NCBI GenBank assembly: GCA_965235115.1
Contig: OZ249436.1
Coordinates: forward strand, 47,928,001-47,992,000
DNA from: Laetmonice hystrix
Lineage: Eukaryota
Direction: 5' to 3'
DNA length: 64,000 nt
This document shows, in pieces, positions 14,690-28,956 of this stretch; position 1 is the stretch's first letter; the number at the start of each line of letters is the position of its first letter. The position numbers were made by a program, and so were the translations under genes. The notes under the pieces are model-generated. The model was not told the DNA's origin. It made no database searches and worked only from the letters and a program-made list of their open reading frames with translations.

Positions 14690-14970
14690 CTGCCAGAGGC
14701 CATCCAGATGGGTTTATCAGTGGCCATCCAGTGGGGCCGGGAGCGGCCATCCAGTAGGGCCTGTCAGTGGCCATCCTGAGGGGCCTGTCAGGGACCATCC
14801 AGAGGGTGTACAGAGGCCATCCAGAGTTGTGTATCAGTGGCCATCCAGAGTGGTGTATCAGAGGCCATCCAGAAGGGTTGATCAGTGGCCATCCAGTGGG
14901 GCCGGGAGCGGCCATCCAGTGGGGCCTGTCAGTGACCATCCAGAGTGGTGTATCAGTGGCCATTCAGAGG
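14690..14970. repeat. Degenerate short tandem repeat (tatcagtggccatccagag-like)
   Basis: Recurrent cagtggccatccag / gaggccatccag units. Confidence 0.75.
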
Positions 14971-16555
14971 GGTTTGGTGTTTTAAAGATCCGTAATGGTC
15001 CATGGCAGCCAGATATACCGCATACACCTATTCCATACCGTAAGTCTGCCAGGCTTAGCCCTACACTTCCATCCCCTAAATACGCCACTGAGATCGCTTT
15101 CAATCTTACAACTTCCTCGATGCTGTTACCACCTGCTCGTGCATACAGGAACGGTTGGGTCGGGGGAGCGGGTCAGTAGCCCTGCTCCCGTCCTACCCTG
15201 TTTTTCTCTGATGAAGGGGCCAGTGTGGACGAGATATTTAGGGATGGTGGGATCAGAGGATGAAATGTGAGGATTGAAGAGACGTAAGCGGCACATGTCG
15301 TGCCCGGAGACAGATGTATGGATGGCCAAGCGTGGGCTTGTGAATGGCCTGAGTCTGTGAATGGCCTGAGTCTGTGAATGGCGGACATACACCGGGACGT
15401 GACTGAGCGCTGCTCCACCGGCGATGACAGCAGTCGAGGCTTGACCGGAACTGGCACACCAGTGGTTGGTGGACATGTAAGCCGGTAACATTAACCTGCC
15501 TAGTTCATCCATATAATGGCTTCTACCAAAGGGCATTAGGGAGTTTCGTCACTGCAGGAAGCCATCAACAAAAGGCAACTGTTGCAGGGTCAGAAGGGGT
15601 TTAGACACAATACATCTCTTTTCATGGCGCTTCGCCCCCACATACCCCTTTTAGCAATGCACTCGATCACCTCCGCCCGTGCCCTCCCTGACTACCCCTT
15701 TCAGGATTCTATCTGGCTTTGACCAGCAGAAGACTTGGAGGGAGATGAAGTAGAATACGGAGACAATATGAGTACTAACAGTGGCACCCCATGTGTAACC
15801 GTACCTAAGGCTCCCATAGTCCCAGTTTATATTGACCGTTTTCCGACCGTAATCTTAGTCATTGCTTTACAACACTGAAACTAGCTAGCTCTCTTTACCA
15901 GTTACTAGTATCAGGCCGATCGGAAGTTGTTGCATGTCTATATTTCTGTAGATAAAAGGGTTTCTTTCACTTGCTTGCCAGCTAAGTTACAGCTAAGTGT
16001 GGCTTGTGTCTTTCGGTGACCTATTAATATGAGGGAGCCTCTCTCGGGAGTGTGCCCCGTACTTACATGATGAGTACACTGACTTAATTAGTACCGTTAC
16101 CTGTGGCCGCTTGTATCGGAAAAGCTATCATTGCGTAATGTAATATTTATCGAGCGATGATTGATCAGTTCTTGCAGGTTTAGTGGCGAGTTGCTGATTT
16201 ATATCTCGTCAGATGTCTTTTTGATGGCTACAGTCTCTTGGCTGTAAGGGCCTTTATTAAATGGCTGGCGGAGGCCTTGGAAGTGCCGAGTTAACTTTGT
16301 GTCTTTGTGCTAATGTTGAAGACGTTAGCAGTGTGCTTCAGTTTTCACTTGTTTAAGTGGATGTGTGTGTAGGTGATTTGGGCCAGGAACTGAGAAAAGC
16401 GTGGCATGAAATCCATCACTTTATTGAGTGCTCCGAATTGGTCTTGGAAATAAACAATGTGATGTCAGTAACCCAGGTTTGACGTGTAGAAAACCAAACA
16501 ATTTTGAGTCGTTGTTTGATAGATCTATTGTGTCTGTTGTGGATTTTGCAGCACG

Positions 16556-16736
16556 TCAGTGACCTGGATGGGGTTGGGATTGAATCAGATATCACATCAG
16601 TGACCTGGATGGTGTTTGGGATTGAATCAGATATCACAGCAGTGACCTGGATGGGGTTGGGATTGAATCAGATATCACATCAGTGACCTGGATGGGGTTT
16701 GGGATTGAATCAGATATCACATCAGTGACCTGGATG
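16556..16736. repeat. Tandem repeat, 41-42-bp unit, ~4 copies
   Basis: cagtgacctggatggggttgggattgaatcagatatcacat repeated. Confidence 0.9.
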
Positions 16737-18422
16737 CCATTGAAGCCGAGTGGAGACAAGTGGAGACAAATATGAAACAAGTTTGATTTTTGTTGTCGCC
16801 ACACGTTGCGATTGACCCCCACACACATTGCGACAAGTGGGGATTTTTCCCCATTTTTGTCTCCGGTGACAAAAATCTCCACTTGTCGCAGCATCTGTGG
16901 AAAGCGGTCATTGATATTTACCCCCCGAAAAAGTTCTTGAATGAGCTATACTTTGACAAAACCATCGATTCGTTTTCTCACTCGGGCCTTTTTCGGAAAC
17001 AGAATTATTCATGTGTTAAGCTTTCCAGCGCTTTGTCCCCTGGAGTCATTAGTTCGAGGCTACATGTAACCTATAGGTAAATGGCCGAACAGGATGGGGT
17101 CCAGAGGAAGATGGCCGCTATATTTCACAAAGTTCCTTTCAACGAGTACTGTCTTCAAGGTCTAAGGGAAATTTGGGTTTACGGTTAGGGGTATGGATAG
17201 CAAAAGGTTCTTATGGAGAGGTCTGGGGAGTGGGTCTAAAGGAAATTTGGGTTTACGGTTTTTAGTTCCGACCACCAAATTTCGCTGGGAAGTTACCTTA
17301 ATGCAGGGCTGTAGCCAGGCTGAGGCAGAGGAAGCAGCCGCCTCCTCTGATTCTGGGCCACACGTAAGCAGCGAACATCCACGAGGCGGCCTGGGGATGT
17401 GACGATACAGGGCCGTCGCCATGCAGGCTGAGGCCTTGGGTGCCTCCTCTGATTTTGTGGGCTGGCCACGGCCCCGTAATGAGATATACCTGCTGTTGTA
17501 ATGTCGAATTCAAGCCCATCACCGCGTGCATGGGACGTGATCGCTTTCGATTGTTTTTCTCACCGCCTCGACGCCAGCTTAGTGCCTCAGTATTAGGGGA
17601 AAAGAGTCGTGCTGTAATCATTGCTGACAAGATAGAATACGTCAAGAAAGAAATCCTTGGTGCAAAAGAATAGGTCCAAATGATAAATGGAACACGGTAT
17701 TTTAAATATTGAAGAAGCCGTGTGGTTTCGACGTTTCCTTCCCTCGGAAATGCGAGAAAGAATCAATCTAAATAAGTCATTATGATTTTTATTTACCAGC
17801 AGGTGATCAGTCATTTTTTTCCAGTTTCCTGAGAGTGTTGAAGGAATACGACAGTCTAATTAAGAGAATTGACTGGATGTATGCTGTCTCTTTTTTGAAT
17901 TCTAGCCTCTTCTTGCCACATAAATAGTTTTTATCGTACGTTAAAGTCATTGCCCAGAGTTTAATCTTCTATTTAAACACCAACCGCCAGATGTACGAGC
18001 AGTCTGTATACGTGAGCGGGACATAGTCTCACGTTGTTTATGAACTCCCAGAAAGAGCAGGTGCTCTCGTCTCCAAGCCATCGGAAACGACCTAAAGATG
18101 GCGGAAACCGCTTGACGATCCGGAAATCAAATGTTGGATTAAATTCCCAACTTGTGGTTCAAGATTTCTCCATCTAGACTTTATATGAATTAGTATGGAA
18201 GTCAAAAATCTACAATCAACTTAAGATTGAAAGGGACTGAGGAGGAAGTGATTAGGATTTTGTTCAATGCGAATGATCAAACACCATCTTGAAGGGAAAT
18301 TTTGTTAAGCACAACGCACTGCAGTACAGCAGACCAGTCAAAATATTCGAATTCTTCCCAAGTCTCTTTGAATCTTCGTAAATAAATTCCTGATTGGAAA
18401 TGTGGAAATTCAAAAAGAAAGA

Positions 18423-20115
18423 TCATCTGTGACCGCGATCACCTTGAGTCAACAGATCATGGGCTCAGCAGAGTATCATCTGTGACGGCGATCACCTTGA
18501 GTCAACAGATCATGGGCTCAGCAGAGTATCATCTGTGACGGCGATCACCTTGAGTCAACAGATCATGGGCTCAGCAGTATCATCTGTGACGGCGATCACC
18601 TTGAGTCAACAGATCATGAGCTCAGCCGAGTATCATCTGTGACGGCGATCACCTTGAGTCAACAGATCATGGGCTCAGCAGAGTATCATCTGTGACGGTG
18701 ATCACCTTGAGTCAACAGATCATGGGCTCAGCAGAGTATCACCTGTGACGGTGATCACCTTGAGTCAACAGATCATGGGCTCAGCAGAGTATCATCTGTG
18801 ACGGCGATCACCTTGAGTCAACAGATCATGGGCTCAGCAGAGTATCATCTGTGACGGCGATCACCTTGAGTCAACAGATCATGGGCTCAGCAGAGTATCA
18901 TCTGTGAGGGCGATCACCTTGAGTCAACAGATCATGGGCTCAGCAGAGTATCATCTGTGACGGTGATCACCTTGAGTCAACAGATCATGGGCTCAGCAGA
19001 GTATCATCTGTGACGGCGATCACCTTGAGTCAACAGATCATGGGCTCAGCAGAGTATCATCTGTGACGGCGATGACCTTGAGTCAACAGGTCATGGGCTC
19101 AGCAGAGTATCATCTGTGACGGCGATCACCTTGAGTCAACAGATCATGGGCTCAGCAGAGTATCATCTGTGACGGCGATCACCGTGAGTCAACAGATCAT
19201 GGGCTCAGCAGTATCGTCTGTGACGGTGATCACCGTGAGTCAACAGATCATGGGCTCAGCAGAGTATCATCTGTGAGGGCGATCACCTTGAGTCAACAGA
19301 TCATGGGCTCAGCAGAGTATCATCTGTGACGGTGATCACCTTGAGTCAACAGATCATGGGCTCAGCAGAGTATCACCTGTGACGGCGATCACCTTGAGTC
19401 AACAGATCATGGGCTCAGCAGAGTATCATCTGTGACGGCGATCACCTTGAGTGAACAGATCATGGGCTCAGCAGACTATCATCTGTGACGGCGATCACCT
19501 TGAGTCAACAGATCATGGGCTCAGCAGAGTATCATCTGTGACGGCGATCACCTTGAGTCAACAGATCATGGGCTCAGCAGAGTATCATCTGTGACGGCGA
19601 TCACCTTGAGTCAACAGATCATGGGCTCAGCAGAGTATCATCTGTGACGGCGATCACCTTGAGTCAACAGATCATGGGCTCAGCAGAGTATCATCTGTGA
19701 CGGCGATCACCTTGAGTGAACAGATCATGGGCTCAGCAGACTATCATCTGTGACGGCGATCACCTTGAGTCAACAGATCATGGGCTCAGCAGAGTATCAT
19801 CTGTGACGGCGATCACCTTGAGTCAACAGATCATGGGCTCAGCAGAGTATCACCTGTGACGGCGATCACCTTGAGTCAACAGATCATGGGTTCAGCAGAG
19901 AATCATCTGTGACGGCGATCACCTTGAGTGAACAGATCATGGGCTCAGCAGACTATCATCTGTGACGGCGATCACCTTGAGTCAACAGATCATGGGCTCA
20001 GCAGAGTATCATCTGTGACGGCGATCACCTTGAGTCAACAGATCATGGGCTCAGCAGAGTATCACCTGTGACGGCGATCACCGTGAGTCAACAGATCATG
20101 GGCTCAGCAGAGTAT
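18423..20115. repeat. Minisatellite, 53-bp unit, ~32 copies
   Basis: tcatctgtgacggcgatcaccttgagtcaacagatcatgggctcagcagagta repeated with few variants. Confidence 0.95.
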
Positions 20116-21187
20116 TTTGCATTATTAATTAAGTAGATTCCCCTTGAGATTCAGGACAAACTAACTTATTTTATAGTCGGGCCATAGCACTTAATTTTGT
20201 GTCATCTCCTGCAGCAGAGGCGTAGGCCTATTCGCCTTCGTAAACTTCAACTCAACTTCAACGAAATTGGCGCTTTCTGTCCACAACGTTATTGTGCTTC
20301 AGGAAACATTGACCACCTGGCACCAGAAATTAACCAATCAGGAAACAGAGAATTAAGCAATTTTGGTTAATTTATAGTTAACCACGATTTGAACCAACTT
20401 AGTTAACTTAACCACTTTCTTGAAACCGGGGCCTGACCTTCACAGAACTAGAAGAGATAAAGTATTTATCTGAGCGATATATCTCAGGTGTTACTCTCAC
20501 AGTAAAATGATGATTCGGTCATTCACTTTATATACTTCATTTGTTATAGTGTTACTGTATATAGAAGCCCTGTACGTCGCTCGCGGCAGTATCTTCCACT
20601 TTCCGTATGAAGGAACATATCGGGTTCTATAAAAATAAAAATGTACCCCCTCCCCGATTTTGCTATGGAAAAGGACGATCATCAACTTTATTTTTATTGA
20701 GTAGCCTAATGTTTCACTGACAGTGTTCCCGACTTTCTTTCTGCAGCTGCCACCGAACTTCATAGAAAAAAGCTTCTCTGAATGGATTTGTTATTTCCAT
20801 TCTTGGAATGAATGAGCTAAACGACCTAGGCTAACGTGTACATCTCAATTGTCTGTTGTAGGTCGAAGACGGCGCCAGCGGAAGCTAGCTGCCGGGAATT
20901 CTGGGACAGTGATGGAAAGCAGGGCGATGCTGACGGCGTCTATCCCCGCCCACAGAGATGAAATCAAATCGTTAAACCCCGGCTTTACAGGTTTAACCCC
21001 CCTCCCTGAGGGGGTTAGTAAGTAATCCACCACCGCCCGGGTGGCGGTTAGAAACCTGCAGGTCTCCGTTTGGAACTCCTTCGCTCAGATTAGTAACAAT
21101 ATGGAGGATGAAGTGTGCTATACAAAGCTGGCGTGTTTTATTCGAGTCGATCAAGGATCTCAGTGAGGTAGCTGAAGGATATTTTGA

Positions 21188-21387
21188 CTACAGCGTCACC
21201 CATCTATTGGCGTCAGTTCTGTATATACTAGCGTCACCCATCTATAGGCGTCAGTACTACAGCGTCACCCATCTATAGGCGTCAGTACTACAGCGTCACC
21301 CATCTATAGGCGTCAGTACTACAGCGTCACCCATCTATAGGCGTCAGTACTACAGCGTCACCCATCTATAGGCGTCAGTTCTGTATA
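21188..21387. repeat. Tandem repeat, 31-bp unit, ~6 copies
   Basis: tacagcgtcacccatctataggcgtcagtac repeated. Confidence 0.9.
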
Positions 21388-23594
21388 TGAAGACCTAACC
21401 CCAGTCTCTGCTAAGATGTAAGACCGTGTTGACGATATAATTTCCCGTATTAATCTGCATGTGCCATCCGGTACTCTTCAATATAAGGTCTAACCTTACA
21501 CGTAAACGTTGGCCGAAAGCGCCCTCTAGTGACGTTTAGCCGAATCTCTGTAAGTACGTCATCCAGAGTTTCATAAGTCTAATATGTGTGGGCGCTGACG
21601 AGGTCGGGGCTGTGGAAAGCCATCTCAAAGTGTTAAAAGTAAGGTGCAGGATTGAAATAGGATGTAATAAAATGTACACATCCGCAGCTCGCATATGTAT
21701 GAAAATGTTTGTTTTAGGGTGACAGTAGTCGCAAATCTGTTTAACACAGCCCAATCGGAATTTCGGAGTGTGAAAAAACAGATCTCTAACTTTACATCTA
21801 CTCATTCGGCAAGAAGTAAATACCTGTTTTCAACAAGTTTGGGACTACTTTGAGAAAATGTAATTACGGTAGTGTGGTTGTGAAGAAGAGCACGATTGAA
21901 GTGGTGTTCTCGGGTTGAGTTTAAGCCTGATTGTAACGCCTTGGATTTCGAGCACGTCCATTTAGACCCCACTCATATTGTCAAATGACATTTGTTCATG
22001 AAGAGACAATGTTTGTATTATTTAGCGACATGGCCCACAGGATAGCATATAAACTCAATGCCATCAAGGAAGGCATAGCCTTCGACCACCAGCGGTCTAC
22101 TGAAATATTCAGTAACGTTGACTTTCCCTGTTGATGAAGGGCAGGTCCCTTAAAACGCGTGGAAGTGAGTAGGTCTGATTTCTTCCTCATACTACAAAAT
22201 AATATAAGCGACCTGCTGCGAATCGTTACAAACCGTATTGAATAATTCATTTAATTCGACATTCGAGAGGATAGAACGTGTGTTAACACTTGAAGCGAAG
22301 CAGAGCGTCCTTCTGCAGTATTGTAACGGGTAGCGCCCAGAGTTTTTAGCCGCCAGAATGCCCTTTGGTTCACTTCCTTCCATTTCACTGCTACCGGAAG
22401 CATATTCTAGAATTCACCTCAGGAATTCTGGAGTTTGCGTTCAGTTGGCATCGAAGCGGGTCAGTGCGTTTTGGACCTCAACGCTCAATGATAAGTAGAA
22501 GAACGCGCTTCAGTGCGCTTTCTCAGGTCTAGTCTGAAAGGGGAAGATTGCTAATTAAGCATGATACCAAATATCTAGTTGAATAGGCAATGTCAATGGA
22601 CTGATGACAATGCATGCTTGCGCTGTTCAACAGATGGAGATTGTATCACCAAGAGTTAAATGTCGAACAAAAATACGAATTGAAGCAGATTTTAAATAAA
22701 AGTGGTTTTTAATTACGAAATTTAGTGCCTAGCTTTAAGTATATTGGTATTATACAAGAATTCCATATTCCCTATCTTTTTGTTTCTTTTGTTTTTCCTT
22801 GCAAGCCCCTGGTTTCTGTATTGGATCGATAGGGTGGTCATATTTGCTCTTTTCGATTCTTGAAACACTTGACCATTTGACGTATATCTTTAAAAAAACA
22901 AGGTACGGTAAAGAAACGGAGATTATCTTGAAAAGAAAGTTATGTATGATTATAAATCGTAGGGAGGACAGCACGTATTAAGTTTCGTTTTGTCCATGTT
23001 TAGTTTGACTTTGAGTGAGCTTTAAAGGTCAGACGTATCTTTTCAAATCTGCACAGGAATAGGATATTCGAATTGGATATTTTATTCCGATTTCTTTGCT
23101 AAATTAGGTACCTTGGTCTGTGTGTTAGAAACGATGCTGCCAGATTACCGCGGTTAAAACACAAAGATCATTTTTGTTTTGTGCCACCAAAAGGAAACCA
23201 AGATAACAATACCCAGATGTATTTAGTATTACGTTACCATACATAAACATACTGTCCGCTGTCCGAGAACATACTCGGTACTTTGTTAACACCCGCGTCT
23301 CGAGTATACTATACAGATCTCTGATTACATACTCGGTACTTTGTTAACACCCGCGTCTCGAGTATACCATACAGATCTCTGATTATACCATGATCGCCAA
23401 ATTAAGAAAAGGGCTTGTGATGAATGAATATAATTATGTACCTAACCAGAATAAAAAATCTTGTATATAACTGTGTCTTTTCATGTACCATTGTACACTC
23501 CACTTTCCTCAGCAGACGCGTGCGCATACACGTCTCAAGTTGTTACAGTATGTGGCCATGAAGATATCCTTAGATTGTTACCTACAATCACCAA

Positions 23595-23725
23595 GGCCCA
23601 GTTCCTAAACCCTTAAGATCTTGCTTAAGCTTAAGCTTAACGCTTCTGATTGGCTGGTTTAAGCAGACCAGCCAATCAGAAGCGTTAAGCTTAAACAAGA
23701 TCTTGGCGTGTTTAGGAACTGGGCC
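23595..23725. mobile_element. Short palindromic (hairpin) MITE, ~130 bp
   Basis: ggcccagttcctaaac...aagcttaacgcttctgattggctggt is mirrored by accagccaatcagaagcgttaagctt...gtttaggaactgggcc. Confidence 0.75.
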
Positions 23726-24470
23726 GAGGTACTCTCACAATATTTCTCAATCCGACACCCAGCCCTCACCCCATTTGTCACCGCTTAAGAACAGCAATGG
23801 GAGGAGTGAGTGACTAATGGTGGTTTTACGTCGTGTCGACATCTAACGCCATCTTCACGGCGAAAACAAGGTTAGAATATTGCTGGGTGAAACTAATAAT
23901 TATCCTGGCGGGTAGAGTTGGCGTGGGGCTGAGCACGAAACCTACCGCTAACTCCCAGTGGGACTGACAGGACTGTGTAACCTGAACGACCTTGACGGCT
24001 CAGGTTGAGCTAGTCTTGACAAAACGGCCATCAGGTTTCAGCCAGCAGTTACGTCTGACATCAACTGGTTTATGCCATTGTGTTGCTACGGTAACCGTAA
24101 ACCGACCAATCGTTTTGGCCTGTCACAGACGGAGGACCCCCTATTCTCAAGCGGAGGACAGTTATTTTCTTTTTTTCGATTTAACAGAAATAATTCTAGC
24201 CTGACGTTCCAGAAAGTGCTCCTAATTGACAAAAAAAACCAATGTGCTAATAAAGGCATCGGTCCTGTGTGCAAGTACGCATGCGTTGCCAGAGGCTGGC
24301 GTTGCTGTCATGGCGACCACTGTGTTTCTAGGGTGATAAGGCACCACGGTGAAAATAATCTGAAATACAATAGAAAGGAATACTGACGGCGGCACAATGG
24401 CGGCTAAGATAGCGATATCAGACCTGTCAACCTTGGCATTCTATTTGATCGTGTGATGGTGTCCGCACTT

Positions 24471-25279
24471 CTGATGGCTACCTACGTGATGCTGACTGAG
24501 AGCCTGGAGAAGGGGCGTGGTGCCTGCAGCAGGCTGATGGCTACCTACCTGATACTGACTGAGAGCATGGAGAAGGGGCGTGGTGTCTACAGCAGGCTGA
24601 TGGCTACCTACGTGATGCTGACTGAGAGCATGGAGAAGGGGCGTGGTGTCTGCAGCAGGCTGATGGCTACCTACGTGATGCTGACTGAGAGCCTGGAGAA
24701 GGGGCGTGGTGTCTGCAGCAGGCTGATGGCTACCTGATACTGACTGAGAGCCTGGAGAGCATGGGCGTGGTGCCTGCAGCAGGCTGATGGCTACCTACGT
24801 GATACTGACTGAGAGCATGGAGAAGGGGCGTGGTGCCTGCAGCAGGCTGATGGCTACCTACGTGATACTGACTGAGAGCATGGAGAAGGGGCGTGGTGCC
24901 TGCAGCAGGCTGATGGCTACCTACGTGATGCTAAATGAGGGCGTGGTGCCTGCAGCAGGCTGATGGCTACCTACGTGATTCTGACTGAGAGCATGGAGAA
25001 GGGGCGTGGTGCCTGCAGCAGGCTGATGGCTACCTACGTGATGCTGACTGAGAGCATGGAGAAGGGGCGTGGTGCCTGCAGCAGGCTGATTGGCTACCGG
25101 ATACTGACTGAGAGCATGGAGAAGGGGCGTGGTGTCTACAGCAGGCTGATGGCTACCTACGTGATGCTGACTGAGAGCATGGAGAAGGGGCGTGGTGCCT
25201 GCAGCAGGCTGATGGCTACCTACCTGATACTGACTGAGAGCATGGAGAAGGGGCGTGGTGCCTGCAGCAGGCTGATGGC
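24471..25279. repeat. Minisatellite, ~63-bp unit, ~13 copies
   Basis: ctgatggctacctacgtgatgctgactgagagcatggagaaggggcgtggtgcctgcagcagg repeated, with some internally deleted units. Confidence 0.95.
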
Positions 25280-25508
25280 ACACAGTGATTGACAGCGATT
25301 TCTCATACAGTGCATGGGTCCCCCTGAGACATGACACAGTGATTGACAGCGATTTCTCATACAGTGCATGGGTCCCCCTGAGACATGACACAGTGATTGA
25401 CAGCGATTTCTCATACAGTGCATGGGTCCCCCTGAGACATGACACAGTGATTGACAGCGATTTCTCATACAGTGCATGGGTCACCCTGAGACATCACACA
25501 GTGATTGA
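25280..25508. repeat. Tandem repeat, 54-bp unit, ~4 copies
   Basis: acacagtgattgacagcgatttctcatacagtgcatgggtccccctgagacatg repeated. Abuts the previous array directly. Confidence 0.9.
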
Positions 25509-26219
25509 GCACGGTCTGGGGATGAGGCACACGATCTAAAATGGCAGCTTGTTTTGACATTGACATACTTTAAGATAAATACGTTAACATAGAGTATGCC
25601 CCCCCCCCCCCAAAAAAAAAACAGAAAACTTGCGCTAGACTTGATTCCTCTGGGGCCTGTTTTACAAAGTTGTCTGTCAGGTAAACGCGGTTATATTCTA
25701 TCAGTCGTAACAGAATTGTAAAAAGTGCACGATTTTTTCATGTTTATACTCTGCTTCTAAATTCCACTCGTCGGCTGCCCTGTTAATTAACAATATAAAA
25801 AGTAATCAGTGCTTGGGGCAAATTTGATCATGTTAATAAAAAATACACAGTGTACTTTAACGAACAGATTTGAAGCAACGAGTTTCAATATTATTGAAAT
25901 GTTAACCATTAGAAATCGCACAACTTTCAGTTTATAATTCTTGAAACTCCTGCAGTCCCACATCTGAAACGCCACGGTTTTCAAACCACGTTTGTTTAAA
26001 TGTTTAACTTGTGTTTCACAAGCTCAGGTGATGATGAATTCATGACATGAACTGAGTGATTGAGCAGCTTAGTCTAAATTGCAAACACTCATATCTCGCT
26101 GGAATCTAATTTATCTCGTGCCATCTTAATGTGGGCGTGTGAACCGGGTGCGGGGAACTTAAAATGGAAGTTCCAACTTCGGGGAGAAGACTTCTGTATC
26201 ATGCCCCAATAATAGTCGT

Positions 26220-26752
26220 TATATACTCGTCACCCCTGTTATATACTGGTCACCCCTGTCATATACTCGTCACCCCTGTTATATACTCGTCACCCCTGTT
26301 ATATACTCGTCACCCCTGTTATATACTCGTCACCCCTGTTATATACTCGTCACCCCTGTCATATACTCGTCACCCCTGTTATATACTCGTCACCCCTGTT
26401 ATATACTCGTCACCCCTGTTATATACCCGTCACCCCTGTTATATACTCGTCACCCCTGTTATATACCCGTCACCCCTGTTATATACTCGTCACCCCTGTT
26501 ATATACTGGTCACCCCTGTCATATACTCGTCACCCCTGTTATATACTCGTCACCCCTGTCATATACTCGTCATCCCTGTTATATACTGGTTACCCCTGTT
26601 ATATACTCGTCACCCCTGTTATATACTCGTCACCCCTGTTATATACTCGTCACCCCTGTTATATACTCGTCACCCCTGTTATATACTCGTCACCCCTGTT
26701 ATATACTCGTCACCCCTGTTATATACTCGTCACCCCTGTTATATACTCGTTA
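26220..26752. repeat. Minisatellite, 20-bp unit, ~26 copies
   Basis: atatactcgtcacccctgtt repeated. Confidence 0.95.
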
Positions 26753-27316
26753 CTGATAACCTTTATTATCGTTATTGAAGTATTCCTGTTTATGAAACGG
26801 GCCCCCGTGCAGCGTTTCCAAGTGTGTTCGTATGGGGTGTTATGAGGGAAATCACGGCAGCGTTTTTAGTTCAGTAATTACTGATAGTGTCATGAATAAA
26901 TAACGAGTACTGTAGCGCCGTGCAGTGTTAAAATATTGATAACAGAACTCGTCCATTCTCTCCCCTCAGTGTAAAAAATGAATAATGAAACACTTCGGAA
27001 TGGAGAATTCAACACTGGAGAATTGCCGCGGGATTTACACAGTGAATACTGAAGCCGTCTGTCGAGTGCTTTGAGATCCACACGAGGAGGCCTACTTATA
27101 ATTAGGATTCCATTAAGTGCGACTCAATAGTCTGAATAAGAAGGGTTAATGAGTCCGCCCGATCCTTGTAAAGAGGATATAATTATGTTTCTAGTATTTG
27201 CTCGTCGTAAACTTTAACAGTTGAATGGTGTGATTGGTCATAGAGAGACAAACTGATGACAAACAACTCGCCCCGCACTTTCTGGAAATCCAGGAAATGT
27301 TCAGCCATATCAGTAA

Positions 27317-27889
27317 AGCCGGGTTTCCATGTATACGTTTTCGTTAACCGTTTCCGGTAACCGTTTCCGTTTCGATAGTTTATGCCTATTTCCCGTGAGA
27401 GCGTAGCCTGGTCCCCTGTGCCTACCATACGCATCCGCTATGTTAGGCCAGGTGCTGGCTAACAGAAAGCTGCGAAACGGAAGTGATTAAACTCCAAGCA
27501 CTTCCGCTTCCGTTCCGTTTGTCAGCGTTAACAGAGTGACCGACTTCTGCTTGGAGCGTGGCCGGGAGTGGCCAACATGCCCATGCGTATGCAGACCGTA
27601 GCAGGTGTGGGGACTGATGACGCTATGTTTAGATTACATCCAGGAAAGCGAGGACATTTAACACTTGTATTTTAAAGGGATTGACGAAAATATCTGTATC
27701 TTGTTGGAGAAATACGGGGGGTACGGAACTACCTCGTTTGCGTCCATGTTTTCGATGGGCCAATCACAATGCTCGCTTCGATTAGCCTTCAGCAGGCTCA
27801 CGTAGTCAATATAGAGCTGGGGACCAGGCTAGTGAGAGCGTTTCTATGTGTACAATCGGACTACGAAACGTATACATGGAAACCCGGCT
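27317..27889. mobile_element. MITE, PIF/Harbinger-like, interrupted by a nested element
   Basis: TIR agccgggtttccatgtatacgttt / aaacgtatacatggaaacccggct, flanked by TAA / TTA. Confidence 0.75.
27404..27831. mobile_element. Nested non-autonomous DNA element with 9-bp TSD (MULE-like by TSD length)
   Basis: TIR tagcctggtcccc / ggggaccaggcta. GTGAGAGCG duplicated at 27395-27403 and 27832-27840. Confidence 0.8.
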
Positions 27890-28063
27890 TTACCATAGAA
27901 ACGATTCTTGGTCTCGCCCTGATGTAGCTGAAATATTGCTGACTGGGCGTTAAACACCAAATAGGGCCTTCTCACTCACGCACTGACCCCCCCACTCATT
28001 CACGATGTGTGTAGGGGGGGGGGGGGGCATTGTCTTGCTCGACCACCAAAACTTCTTTTTTTA

Positions 28064-28165
28064 GGGAAGTGGCGGTGGCCGAGTGGGCATGGGCGTTGAT
28101 ACCTTATGCTATGCGAATGGGTGCAGTAATCTTGGGGCCGGGGTTCAATTCCAGTCGAGGACTAT
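28064..28165 (+). mobile_element. tRNA-derived SINE head (Pol III A/B boxes)
   Basis: A-box-like TGGCCGAGTGG and B-box-like GGTTCAATTCC. First ~30 nt repeated at 28271. No convincing cloverleaf. Confidence 0.5.
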
Positions 28166-28956
28166 AAAACTTGTCTCTTTCCGGACATTCTCAAAGTAAC
28201 TGGGTGACGCCTGATGCCCGTGCATTAAAAAAAAGAAAATCACTCACTATCACCAAAGCTTACTTTTTAAGGAAGTGGCGGTGGCCGAGTGGGCATGGGC
28301 GCACCTGGCTTCAGCGAGGTTTTCAAAGATATCTTTGTGAAACGCCTTGCGTTTGCTGTGACCAAATCCGCGTAACGCTATAAACTGTTATTTTCATATT
28401 TCATCTAAAAACTGATATATTAGAGGTGTCGTGCTTCCAAAGGTCTCGTTTATTCAGGGCCGAGCACCAGGACGGACATAATTTCACTGCCCTCTGCCCC
28501 GCCACCATACTAAAGAAAGATTTGTTATTTATGCATGTCTGGCTAAATGGTTCCGCTGAGAACTATTCGCTGGTATCCGCCGGTATTTCATTCACTGTAG
28601 CATCAATAAGAACTGCATGTAACGCTCTGACTTAAGTTGGGTTGTTTCTGAACCTTTGCTGAATCTGTCCGAACAATAATGTCGATATGTGTTTGATAAA
28701 ATTATAGTTTTCTTCGGGGGTTCCGAGAAATCCATCGCAGGAGGAACTAGGGGGTGTTTTTCGTATGGGGGGGGGATTTTTCGCGGTAATGGTTGTGATT
28801 AGTTGGTTGCCATCGTCAGGGGGTAACGAGTTGTTACCAACACATCGGGACAACGCTGTACTGTATTTCGAAAAATTGCAAGAGCTATTTAACGTTCAAC
28901 ATAAACACAGTGTTAACATGCACGGGCTTTATACGTTCGGAAGAATGGATAGGAAG

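Noticed and set aside
18423..20115. CRISPR-like regular array (also 29586-30120, 45120-45480, 48540-49135)
   Set aside because: Units are head-to-tail with no unique spacers, there are no cas genes, and the context is eukaryotic.
24453..26778. ORFs of 84-204 aa with periodic sequences
   Set aside because: All derive from 63-, 54- and 20-bp tandem repeats.
28064..28165. tRNA gene
   Set aside because: A and B boxes present but no consistent acceptor or anticodon stems. Better explained as a SINE head.
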